In this document: one piece after another, positions 1-8,191 of the stretch | Numbering within the stretch: position 1 is the stretch's first letter | Layout of the letters: each line of letters begins with the position of its first letter | From: a virus | Taxonomy: Duplodnaviria; Caudoviricetes | Length of the DNA: 30,154 nucleotides | Virus record (IMG/VR): IMGVR_UViG_3300031965_000116 | Span: 1 to 30,154 of that record | Reading direction: 5' to 3' (one strand) | The notes under the pieces: model-generated | What the model was told of the DNA's origin: nothing | Databases searched by the model: none | The model's input: only the letters and a program-made list of their open reading frames with translations | Made by a program: the position numbers and the translations under genes

Positions 1-144
1 AGAGAATGGGAGTGTGGATGCGGAGCATCTCACAACAGAGACGTTAACGCAGCACAAAACATTCTCCGTTTGGGGCATCAAACGCCGAAAGGGAATCCCC
101 GGCCTTCAGGCCGAGGGAGGATGTCAAATGAAAGCAAATTCTAA
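1..144 (+). CDS. tnpB: TnpB (IS200/IS605 family RNA-guided nuclease), C-terminal fragment truncated by the window edge
   Basis: Frame 1 reads [27 protein letters not shown]...KF*, the zinc-finger end plus RuvC-III 'RDxNAAxNI' motif of TnpB. Not in the ORF track. Confidence 0.9.
   Translation, partial: REWECGCGASHNRDVNAAQNILRLGHQTPKGNPRPSGRGRMSNESKF
91..127 (+). mobile_element. IS200/IS605 right end (subterminal hairpin, TCAA terminus); also the 3' part of the omega-RNA scaffold
   Basis: GGGAATCCCCGGCCTTCAGGCCGAGGGAGGATGTCAA: stem TCCC-CGGCCT/AGGCCG-A-GGGA, then TCAA at 124-127, directly after the TnpB motifs. Confidence 0.85.
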
Positions 145-161
145 ATCTGTTGAGAGTGAAA

Positions 162-473
162 ATGAGTAGAAATAGCCAAGAAACAGAGCATTTTGTTGAA
201 GTTATTCCATCAATTGCATCAATTCTATCAGATTCTTTGCAATGCTTAGGATATGAAGTAGCTAGGCTAAAGGATAAATCTAAGGCTCAACCCCTAGATA
301 ACTATGAACGTAGAAGCCTCGTGGATCTAGTAAAGGCATTACCTGTAATAACAATTGAACAAGAGAAGCTTAGGAAACAAGACCTAATCGGGCAGTTAAC
401 ATCTGAACAGCTAGTAGCCTTAGCCCAGAAGCTACTGCCAACAACAACTGGAGAAGAAGATGGCAGACAATAA
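162..473 (+). CDS. Helical protein, candidate terminase small subunit
   Basis: Position upstream of TerL and helical character. ATG at 162 preferred over TTG at 150. No diagnostic motif. Confidence 0.35.
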   Translation: MSRNSQETEHFVEVIPSIASILSDSLQCLGYEVARLKDKSKAQPLDNYERRSLVDLVKALPVITIEQEKLRKQDLIGQLTSEQLVALAQKLLPTTTGEEDGRQ

Positions 474-906
474 CCAATCGATCTACATTAGGCCTGCATC
501 TTCAGAAGACTCCAGGTTTATTACCAACTCGTGGGTAAATTCATTCCGCTTAGAGAACTTCTATATTCCTAAAGATATCTATCGAATGCGTCAATTAAAG
601 GTAATTGAGAAGATTCTAAGAGGTGGAGCAAAGACATTGGTTGCTTGTCCAACTGATGACTACAACCAGATACTTGGATGGATTTGCTATGAACATTTAG
701 GTAAAGATGTTGTTATCCACTACATCTACATCAAAGATACTTATAGAGAGATGGGCCTAGCTAAGCTATTGCTAAAGAAAGCTGGCGTATCACCCACAGC
801 TAACAGACTTCTAATCTCCCACTCAACATACATACTTAGACCTATCCATAAGAAGACAGGGATAATCTATATTCAGCTACCCCACTACACCTGTGATTGC
901 AATTAA
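460..906 (+). CDS. GNAT-family acetyltransferase
   Basis: N-terminal IRPASSED, ILGWICYE strand, and acetyl-CoA motif A-like IHYIYIKDTYREMGLAKLLL. Confidence 0.8.
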   Translation: MADNNQSIYIRPASSEDSRFITNSWVNSFRLENFYIPKDIYRMRQLKVIEKILRGGAKTLVACPTDDYNQILGWICYEHLGKDVVIHYIYIKDTYREMGLAKLLLKKAGVSPTANRLLISHSTYILRPIHKKTGIIYIQLPHYTCDCN

Positions 907-1145
907 TAGGAATAATGCCAATGAAACGATCAAATAATATTGTATCAGTAAGATTTACAACAACAATTAACCTATGTGAAGGCAAGGAAAGGTTCACAGC
1001 TATTGATACTAGACGTAAAGAATACCAAGCTTGGACTATTACATCTAATAACTACTTCGTAGAGCTATATAATACTAGACTCAATAGATACTTCAAGATT
1101 CCTCTTCATATGGTTGAATCAATAGAGTTCGAAGCAACTGAGTAA
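897..1145 (+). CDS. Small hypothetical protein (start possibly 915 or 921)
   Basis: Fills the gap between neighbours, and its stop overlaps the TerL ATG (TAATG). Confidence 0.6.
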   Translation: MQLIGIMPMKRSNNIVSVRFTTTINLCEGKERFTAIDTRRKEYQAWTITSNNYFVELYNTRLNRYFKIPLHMVESIEFEATE

Positions 1146-3121
1146 TGGCTAACCAATTAAATCTATCAGACCGTCTTCTATTAGAATCTCTAGTAAGGAA
1201 GAAGGGGCTAACTCCAGATCAGATATCTAAGCTATCAGGATCTCTCCCTCAACAGAAGAAATACCTAGAATCTCTATTTCCTCTGCAGAAAGAGATACTT
1301 ACACATCCATCTAAGTTCAAGGCTATTCGATCAGGTCGTAGATTTTCCAAGACATTCGTAGTTTCTATAGCTCTAATAACTGAAGCATTGAAACGCCCAG
1401 GATCTTCATGTCTGTTTATTGCTACCTCAGTTGAAGCAGCTAAACGATTAGTTTGGTCAACTCTTGTAGAGTTTAATGAGAAGTATTCATTAGACATATC
1501 TTTTGATAATGCTAGCTCTATAGCTACATTCAACAATGGCTCTAAGATCTATCTAAAGGGCTGCGCCAATAGAAAGGAATGTGAGAAGTTTAGAGGTGAT
1601 TACTATAACATCGTAGCTATAGATGAAGCTCAGTCTTTCCCTTCTTGGCTTAAATACCTCATTGAAGAAGTATTATCACCTGCCTTACAAGATTACCAAG
1701 GAACTCTCTGGTTAACTGGAACAACCAACTCAACCTGTACTGGCTATTTCTATGACATCACAGCTAACCCAGATCAGCAGAACCTATTTAAGGTATGGCA
1801 CCATACAGTATTTGATAATCCTAAGTTTCCTCTATGGGCTGATAAAGACAATTGGCAAGAGATTGCAAGGAATTGGTGGCTACAATATCTACTTGAGAGA
1901 GGTTTAACTGAAGATGATCCACAGATACAAAGAGAATGGTTTGCTGAATGGATTAGGGATAACACAACTCTCGTATTCCCTTCACTATCTACTTACCTAC
2001 TAGATGAGCTTCCTAATGATCTCAACTATGTCATTGGTATAGATGTAGGCTTCATAGATGCTTTTGCAGTCGTTGTCCTTGGGTACACAGATAATGCTGC
2101 TTATCTAGTTGACGCCTATTCAGCTTCTGAAACATCAACTGATGAAAAGCTAGAAGTTCTCAATAGATTCCATAATAGATACAATCCTGTGATTACGGTA
2201 TGTGATCCAGGTGGTGGTGGTAAACAATTCATTCATGACTTTAACCTTAGATACAATCAAAACATCCAAGTAGCTAATAAAAGAGAAAAGCCACATAGAT
2301 TACAGCTTCTATCAGATGACCTTAAAAATAGAAAGCTTCTAATTAATCCAGATTTAACAGATCTGCTTTATTCTCTGAAGATCCTTGAATACTCCAATAA
2401 GTCTAAAGGAGAGATTCCTGAAAGCTACCCACAAGATTACCTAGATAGTTGTCTGGTAGGCTCTACGCTTATTGAAACAATTAATGGACCTAAGCCTATT
2501 AAGGATATTAGGCTAGGGGAATTAGTTTTAACTAGATCTGGTTATCGAGAGGTTCTTTGGAGTGGGATGACTAAAGCTAATGCAGAGTTGTATAGAATTG
2601 AATTTTCAGATGGTTCAAGTATAATAGGTACTAGAGAGCATCCAATCTACATTACGGAATTAGATGACTTTATATCTATAGGAGATATTCAATGTATATT
2701 AACAACGCAGGCTACAAAACTCAAGGTGGAAAAGGAATTGATGACATTGAATTTATCTGTCCTAAATGCGGGGAGACTTTTAAGCGAAACAAATACGTTA
2801 AGCCAGGATATTGTTCACGTAGTTGCAGTTCAAAAGCTTTTAGAGCAAGATGCCGTTTATAATCTCACCGTAGCTGATCATCCAGAATTCTTCGCTAATG
2901 GTATCCTAGTTCACAATTGTTCTTATGCCCACATGGAGCTTCCATGGGCTCTTTACAATATACAACCTAAGACAAAGAAGATTCCATTCGTAGATGGCTA
3001 TGACCCACACTTGGAATATCTTAAAGAAGAGCAAGCTCAGCAGTTAGCTGAGGAATCCTACCAAATGCAAGAATATCTAAGAGAATTCTTTGATAATCAA
3101 GGTCGAACTTCGTTCAGCTAA
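1145..3121 (+). CDS. terL: Terminase large subunit with intein (502 aa after splicing)
   Basis: Walker A-like SGRRFSKT, Walker B VAIDEAQ, coupling motif LTGT, RNase H-like nuclease VIGIDVGFID and C-terminal DYLDS motif. Lies upstream of the portal. Confidence 0.93.
   Translation: MANQLNLSDRLLLESLVRKKGLTPDQISKLSGSLPQQKKYLESLFPLQKEILTHPSKFKAIRSGRRFSKTFVVSIALITEALKRPGSSCLFIATSVEAAKRLVWSTLVEFNEKYSLDISFDNASSIATFNNGSKIYLKGCANRKECEKFRGDYYNIVAIDEAQSFPSWLKYLIEEVLSPALQDYQGTLWLTGTTNSTCTGYFYDITANPDQQNLFKVWHHTVFDNPKFPLWADKDNWQEIARNWWLQYLLERGLTEDDPQIQREWFAEWIRDNTTLVFPSLSTYLLDELPNDLNYVIGIDVGFIDAFAVVVLGYTDNAAYLVDAYSASETSTDEKLEVLNRFHNRYNPVITVCDPGGGGKQFIHDFNLRYNQNIQVANKREKPHRLQLLSDDLKNRKLLINPDLTDLLYSLKILEYSNKSKGEIPESYPQDYLDSCLVGSTLIETINGPKPIKDIRLGELVLTRSGYREVLWSGMTKANAELYRIEFSDGSSIIGTREHPIYITELDDFISIGDIQCILTTQATKLKVEKELMTLNLSVLNAGRLLSETNTLSQDIVHVVAVQKLLEQDAVYNLTVADHPEFFANGILVHNCSYAHMELPWALYNIQPKTKKIPFVDGYDPHLEYLKEEQAQQLAEESYQMQEYLREFFDNQGRTSFS
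2450..2917 (+). mobile_element. Class 1 mini-intein (156 aa) in the TerL nuclease domain
   Basis: Starts CLVGSTLIETING, block B GTREHPIY, block F VYNLTVADHPEFFANG, ends ILVHN followed by Cys+1. No in-frame endonuclease motifs. Confidence 0.93.
2692..2862 (+). CDS. Out-of-frame 56-aa Cys4 zinc-finger ORF nested in the TerL intein
   Basis: AGGAGA at 2680-2685, ATG at 2692. MYINNAGYKTQGGKGIDDIEFICPKCGETFKRNKYVKPGYCSRSCSSKAFRARCRL* contains CxxC...YCSxxC. Confidence 0.7.
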   Translation: MYINNAGYKTQGGKGIDDIEFICPKCGETFKRNKYVKPGYCSRSCSSKAFRARCRL

Positions 3122-3163
3122 GGCTGAACTTCGTTCGCCTAGCGAGCTTCGCTCAGCTAAGGA
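3099..3163 (+). repeat. Mini-hairpin element cluster (3 hairpins)
   Basis: GAACTTCGTTC twice and GAGCTTCGCTC once, linked by AGCTAAGGCT/GCCTAGC. Contains the TerL stop and runs into RBS AAGGAG. Confidence 0.9.
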
Positions 3164-3174
3164 GTCAACTATTG

Positions 3175-3360
3175 ATGGCATCAGAACGCAGTCAAGCAAT
3201 TAATTCAGTCAAGAAATTAATAGATTACATCATAGCCCAGGACAGGATTAAAACTATTCATATAGATATCCCCGAGGTGGGAACATTGGATCTTGAGCTA
3301 TTTGAAATTATCCCAACTATCGAGGAGAAGAAGAATTCATATGTTAACGACGACTACTAA
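3175..3360 (+). CDS. Small hypothetical protein
   Basis: RBS AAGGAG at 3159-3164, ATG at 3175, overlaps the portal start. Confidence 0.65.
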   Translation: MASERSQAINSVKKLIDYIIAQDRIKTIHIDIPEVGTLDLELFEIIPTIEEKKNSYVNDDY

Positions 3361-5110
3361 TATTAGCCAGGAGCCATGGCATGACATGGAAGCCTACCCT
3401 TCAGATGAGGTTCATATTCCTATCTGGTCTTTATACCAGGATTACCTAGAGAAGAATAAGCCTTGGATGGATGATCAAGAGACCTATCTGCTCACCTATG
3501 AAGGCATAGATAATACCAGGAAATCTACAGTTGGCTCACTCAACCAAATCTTTAGAGCATTTACTCCAAAGTATTCTTGGAATGTCTGCCAATCGATTAC
3601 GGATACCCTTGTATCTAGAGTGGGTAAGAACAGACCAAAGCCTATGTATATTCCCAAGGGTGGAGATTATAGCCTTAAGGAACGTGTCGAGACTATGACT
3701 GATCTAGTTAATGGTCAATTCCAGAATGCTGGCCTCTATGGCACAGGCAGAGAAGTGTTTAGAGATGCTTGTATCTATGGAACGGGCGTCATCAAGACAT
3801 ACGAACAGGATGGAAAGATTGTCCACGAAAGGACACTACCTTTTGAAATCCTTGTTGATCCAATGGATGGACGTTATGGCACCCCATCACAGCTAATCCA
3901 AAGAAAACATGTTCGTAAGTGTACTCTTAAGGCACAATATCCAAGTCAGGAGCTAGACATTGAGTCTAGTTCAATAGCTAGTACAGATCTGCTCATCGGG
4001 ATTCAAAACCAGGATACTGTCAGTTCTCATGATTGGGTAGAAGTTGTTGAGATATGGAAGCTTCCATCAATTAAAGATGGCAAAGACGGCCGCCATTCAA
4101 TTATCATCCAAAATACTACTCTTCTAGATGAACCATGGGAACGTGATGACTTCCCATTCCGTTTTCTAAGATACATTAAGCGTTCTATAGGCTTCTGGGG
4201 AGTAGGAGTTGTAGAGATACTTTTTGGTCTTCAAATGGAGATTAATAAGACAATCCGAAAGGTTCAAAGATCTCTTGATCTTGTCTCAGTACCTACATGG
4301 CTAGTTGATAAGAGATCCCAAGTAGTCAATAGACACATTCAGAATGTAATTGGTAATATCCTAGAATACTCTGGTGGCAATAAACCAGATGTAATTGTTC
4401 CTAGCGCTGTTAATCCTGAATTATTCAATTATCTAGAGAATCTATTCAATAAAGCCTACAATCTCATAGGCGTATCAATCCTTTCATCTCAGTCAATGAA
4501 GCCTTCTGGCCTAGATTCTGGTGTAGCTATCAGAACAGCTGATGACATTGAAACTGAACGTTTCTCTGAAATATCTCTAGATTATCAAGATTGGTTCCTG
4601 GAGATCGCTGAGGATATTATTAACCTTGCCAGGGAAATTGAAGATTTCTCAGCATCTGTGAAGTCTGGAAATGTATTCAATGATGTTAAATGGTCTGAGA
4701 TCAATCTAGCTAACGAAGACTTCAAAGTAGATCTCTATCCAGTTAATCTCTTATCTTCTAAACCAGAAGGTAAGCTAGCTCAAGTACAAGAGATGGTGTC
4801 AGCGAATCTCATCTCTCCAGAAGAAGGTAAAGACCTTCTAGATTTCCCTGACTTGGATCGATACCAGGATCTTGATTCAGCTAATAGAGATATCATTCGT
4901 AAGACCGTAGATCAAATGGTGCGTAAGGGTATCTACACTCCTCCAGAACCCTTTGATGATCTAACCTTTGCCCTTAAGTATGCAAAACAGGCTTATGGAT
5001 TAGGTCGTCTAGAAGGTGCTCCAGAGGACAATCTTGAGCTATGCAGAAACTACATCTTAGAAGTAATCAATGAATTGAAGAAGCTACAACCTCCTACACC
5101 AACTGAATAG
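3341..5110 (+). CDS. Portal (head-tail connector) protein, podovirus type
   Basis: About 590 aa between TerL and scaffold. Has portal-like segments DACIYGTGVIK, FEILVDP, FWGVGVVE..GLQMEIN and SGVAI. ATG at 3341 preferred over TTG at 3293. Confidence 0.85.
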   Translation: MLTTTTNISQEPWHDMEAYPSDEVHIPIWSLYQDYLEKNKPWMDDQETYLLTYEGIDNTRKSTVGSLNQIFRAFTPKYSWNVCQSITDTLVSRVGKNRPKPMYIPKGGDYSLKERVETMTDLVNGQFQNAGLYGTGREVFRDACIYGTGVIKTYEQDGKIVHERTLPFEILVDPMDGRYGTPSQLIQRKHVRKCTLKAQYPSQELDIESSSIASTDLLIGIQNQDTVSSHDWVEVVEIWKLPSIKDGKDGRHSIIIQNTTLLDEPWERDDFPFRFLRYIKRSIGFWGVGVVEILFGLQMEINKTIRKVQRSLDLVSVPTWLVDKRSQVVNRHIQNVIGNILEYSGGNKPDVIVPSAVNPELFNYLENLFNKAYNLIGVSILSSQSMKPSGLDSGVAIRTADDIETERFSEISLDYQDWFLEIAEDIINLAREIEDFSASVKSGNVFNDVKWSEINLANEDFKVDLYPVNLLSSKPEGKLAQVQEMVSANLISPEEGKDLLDFPDLDRYQDLDSANRDIIRKTVDQMVRKGIYTPPEPFDDLTFALKYAKQAYGLGRLEGAPEDNLELCRNYILEVINELKKLQPPTPTE

Positions 5111-5220
5111 AGAAGAGAAGAGGAGGGGGAGGGGGGGGGGGGGATGCTCCCCCCATTACTAGGGAGTTGTCTGTTAACTCATCAAGATAACTCAATTACG
5201 TCCCCCCTTGGGGGGGGGGA
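5111..5220. repeat. Purine tract, G13 and G10 homopolymers with C6 partners, and a TTAACTC..AATTACGTC motif
   Basis: G13 at 5131-5143, C6 at 5149-5154, C6 at 5202-5207 and G10 at 5210-5219, read directly. Confidence 0.85.
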
Positions 5221-5245
5221 AATATCCTTTAAGGCTAGACGTGGA

Positions 5246-5390
5246 GTTAGGGTCTCTTCAAACACCCCCTCTGAGAGGGGCCAGGATGCCCTACAATCGA
5301 TTTTAAGGCCTACCCTATACCTAGGCCTACCCCTAGCTCTAAAACAGCTCTAATGGCTTCTCAGAGCCTTCTGAGAGGCCTGCTAATTAA
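5246..5390 (+). repeat. ~140-bp dispersed element, copy A
   Basis: Inverted homolog at 26337-26477, e.g. CTAAAACAGCTCTAATGGC identical in reverse complement. Confidence 0.9.
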
Positions 5391-5414
5391 TGATTAACAC
5401 AACCAAGGAGATTA

Positions 5415-6368
5415 ATGACAATGGCCGATAATGATCAAACAGGCACAACTACTAACGAAGAAGTAATTGTATCTAATGTAGAAGTAGACCCACTTGATGC
5501 AATCATGCAAGATTGGGCAGATAATCGACAACAAGCAGATGATGTAGTAGTCGAAGACGAGGCTTCTAAGGCTGAACTTCGTTCGCCTAATGAAGAAGAT
5601 CCTAAACCACAAGCTAATGATACAGAAGACCCTGATAATGTAGAATCTGTTCAAGTAGCTAAGGGACTAGCTAAGCTAACTCGTAAAGAGAAGGCTTTAA
5701 GAGCCCGCGAGGAAAGTATTAAACAGGAAGCTCAACGATTACAGCAATTCCAACAGTTCCTTAACAACTCTAAACAAAATCCATTACAGCTATTAGATGC
5801 TGCTGGACTTACTCTAGATGATCTAGCTGAATATGTTTCAAAAGGAGTTATTGATACCAATAAACCAGATGATCGGTTATCTAGGGTAGAACAACAATTA
5901 GAGGAAGAACGTAAAGCTAGGCTTCAATATGAACAAGAAGTCATTAAACATCAACAAGAAGCTACAATTGATAAGTTTAAGACTCATATAGGCTCTGTTG
6001 TTGACACAAGCTTTCCTCTTATAAAGGCAAATAACGCATCTGATGTGGTATTTGAGGTAATTAATCAGTATTTTACTCAAACTAATCAAATACTACCTGT
6101 TGAGCAAGCAGCTCAACTAGTTGAGGAGGAGATTAGATCTATTAAAACCCAACCAACTAATGGCAATATCGCCGGAACAGAGGGGGAAGGTCTATCTTCA
6201 GCAGCTACTAACAGTAAACAACGACCAACATCAAAAAGCGCCACATTGAATAATAAGTTAGCTTCTCAACCAACAGATAACGTTTCTAGAAAACGTACAC
6301 AAGAAGAGGTAGATGCAGCAATGTATAGAATCATGCAACAACATGTCTCCTCTTCTAGACGAAAATAA
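5415..6368 (+). CDS. Capsid scaffolding protein
   Basis: RBS AAGGAG, acidic N-terminus, coiled coils, located between portal and major capsid gene. Confidence 0.8.
   Translation: MTMADNDQTGTTTNEEVIVSNVEVDPLDAIMQDWADNRQQADDVVVEDEASKAELRSPNEEDPKPQANDTEDPDNVESVQVAKGLAKLTRKEKALRAREESIKQEAQRLQQFQQFLNNSKQNPLQLLDAAGLTLDDLAEYVSKGVIDTNKPDDRLSRVEQQLEEERKARLQYEQEVIKHQQEATIDKFKTHIGSVVDTSFPLIKANNASDVVFEVINQYFTQTNQILPVEQAAQLVEEEIRSIKTQPTNGNIAGTEGEGLSSAATNSKQRPTSKSATLNNKLASQPTDNVSRKRTQEEVDAAMYRIMQQHVSSSRRK
5560..5590 (+). repeat. In-frame mini-hairpin element in the scaffold gene (ASKAELRSP)
   Basis: 31 nt identical to 8241-8271. Confidence 0.9.
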
Positions 6369-6395
6369 CTAACTAACAACAATTAGGAGATTCAA

Positions 6396-7613
6396 GTGGC
6401 AGATACAGTAACCCTTTTAGATGCCTTGACTAAAGAAAAATATATCAAGGGCAATGAACTTAAGAATATGATGTTTAAGGGAGATCCCTTCCTTCAAGTT
6501 ATTAAGGTAACTAATGACTTCACAGGTGATCTTTGTAAACATCCAGTGATTGTAGGTGGAACTAATAAGCGTAGTGCTACCTATGCATCAGCTGAAGCCA
6601 ATACGGGTGGAGTCCAAAGCACTGCTTTCCATCTAACTCGCGTTAAGGATTATGTCCTTATGGAGCTTGATAGAGAAGCTTCGCTAGCTCTACCTAATGA
6701 CATGGCCGCTTTCAAGAAATCATTTGAAGTGGAAATGGACACTGGCCTTCAGAAGCTAAGAAACTCTATCTCGCAGTCAATTATGTCTGCTGGTAATGGT
6801 GTTGTAGGTCAAATCTCTACTGATTCGACTGTAGCATCAGATACCATCACCCTAGCTGATACTAACGACATCGTTGCTTTCGAGGTTGGTGATGTAATTC
6901 AGCTTTACACAGCTTTAACTGGTGGAACAGTAAGATCATCTGGGGATACAGCTGAAGTTACAGCAGTTGACTATGACCTAGGAACTCTGAGCTTTGCTGG
7001 CAACCTAACTGATGAGATTGCAGCTGCAGTAGCTGGTGATTACATTGCTATGCGTGGAGACTACGGTAATAAGATTACTGGTGTTGGCGCGTGGCTACCT
7101 TCATCGGCACCATCAGCTACCAGCTTCTTTGGAGTTGATCGTTCTACTAACCCAACTCGCCTTGGTGGTATTCGGGTAGATGGAACTGGTCTTAGCGTGG
7201 TGGAAGCAATTAATCGCGCTACGGTAAGAGTGAATCGTCTTGGTGGAAGTCCTGATTATCTGTTCGTAAACCACTCGGTTTATGAGGATATCATGAATAC
7301 TCTTGACGCTTCTCGTCATGTCTACACAGATGATAAGAATGGAGTTATCGGCTTCAACTATCTCTATGCTAAGGGAATTGCAAGTGATGTGAAGATCGTA
7401 GCTCATCGTTATGTTCCTAGTAATACTGGTTTCCTAGTGCAAGCTGATACATGGAATCTGAGAACTCTTGGTGGGTTCCCAGACGTACATCGTGATGATG
7501 GCACAATCTGGAGACTACGTGATGCTTCTGATACACTACAAGCTAGAGCTTCTGTGTATGGGAATGTTGGATGTAGTGCTCCTGGGTGGAACGCTCGTAT
7601 AACCTTCGCATAA
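6396..7613 (+). CDS. Major capsid protein
   Basis: 405 aa following the scaffold, RBS AGGAG with GTG start, capsid-like layout ending YGNVGCSAPGWNARI. Confidence 0.82.
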   Translation: MADTVTLLDALTKEKYIKGNELKNMMFKGDPFLQVIKVTNDFTGDLCKHPVIVGGTNKRSATYASAEANTGGVQSTAFHLTRVKDYVLMELDREASLALPNDMAAFKKSFEVEMDTGLQKLRNSISQSIMSAGNGVVGQISTDSTVASDTITLADTNDIVAFEVGDVIQLYTALTGGTVRSSGDTAEVTAVDYDLGTLSFAGNLTDEIAAAVAGDYIAMRGDYGNKITGVGAWLPSSAPSATSFFGVDRSTNPTRLGGIRVDGTGLSVVEAINRATVRVNRLGGSPDYLFVNHSVYEDIMNTLDASRHVYTDDKNGVIGFNYLYAKGIASDVKIVAHRYVPSNTGFLVQADTWNLRTLGGFPDVHRDDGTIWRLRDASDTLQARASVYGNVGCSAPGWNARITFA

Positions 7614-7631
7614 TCAAGGACTTAGGAAGCT

Positions 7632-7771
7632 ATCGTTGCTTGATTTGCAGTGCAACATGATATGTAATTTCTAATAACTGGGGCCGGGTGAGAGTAATTC
7701 TGCTTCTTGCCCGGCCCAATCAACTGATAATAAACCTCATAAGCGCTAGTTAATCCTACTAGATTTGAGGT
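7632..7771 (+). other. Structured intergenic segment (three stem-loops) after the capsid gene
   Basis: GTTGC/GCAAC stem; GGGCCGGG(7681-7688)/CCCGGCCC(7710-7717) stem extendable by G-U pairs; ACCTCA..CTAGT/ACTAG..TGAGGT stem. No U-tract. Confidence 0.55.
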
Positions 7772-7789
7772 AACAAGGAGAAATTAAAA

Positions 7790-8167
7790 ATGGCATCGAG
7801 ATACGTAAAGAATATCAAAGCATTCCCAACGCGCCCTGTCCTAGTAGCTGGAAACTTTCTAGCTAATACTAGTGCAGGTACAGGTGATGTAGGTAGAGGT
7901 TATACAGCAGAACGTAAGACTACTGGTCATTACAGAGTTCAATGCGATGACAAATACAATACAGTAATTTCGGCAGTAGGTAATTTTCAAGCTGCAGAGG
8001 CTTCTGGTGTTCATGTAGAAGTTTCTGGTGTATCAACTGCTGGTGATGGAACTGGTGGATCTTATGTAGACTTCTGGGTATGGGATTCAACTGGTGATGC
8101 TCTCATTGATGGAATCAGCACTGATCGCATTCATTTCCAGATTGTGCTAGATAACAGTAATGTCTAA
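7790..8167 (+). CDS. Putative capsid decoration or accessory virion protein
   Basis: RBS AAGGAG, beta-rich 125 aa, directly after the capsid gene. Confidence 0.5.
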   Translation: MASRYVKNIKAFPTRPVLVAGNFLANTSAGTGDVGRGYTAERKTTGHYRVQCDDKYNTVISAVGNFQAAEASGVHVEVSGVSTAGDGTGGSYVDFWVWDSTGDALIDGISTDRIHFQIVLDNSNV

Positions 8168-8191
8168 AGATAATAGCCAGGAGTTAACGAT

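Noticed and set aside
1-127. IStron (group I intron-IS hybrid)
   Set aside because: The end is TCAA without a terminal G for a 3' splice site, and no intron core is visible in the window.
3099-3163. Hairpin clusters as a CRISPR array
   Set aside because: No unique spacers of regular length, units are dispersed and modular, and no cas genes are present.
3293-5110. Stop-codon reassignment (TAG read-through)
   Set aside because: Long genes are intact under the standard code, and TAG ends genes at sensible boundaries.
5144-5353. 69-aa ORF in the portal-scaffold gap
   Set aside because: Overlaps homopolymers and the 140-bp repeat, with no protein features; likely spurious.
7681-7717. Rho-independent terminator after the capsid gene
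   Set aside because: Strong stem but no following U-tract; kept only as a structured element.
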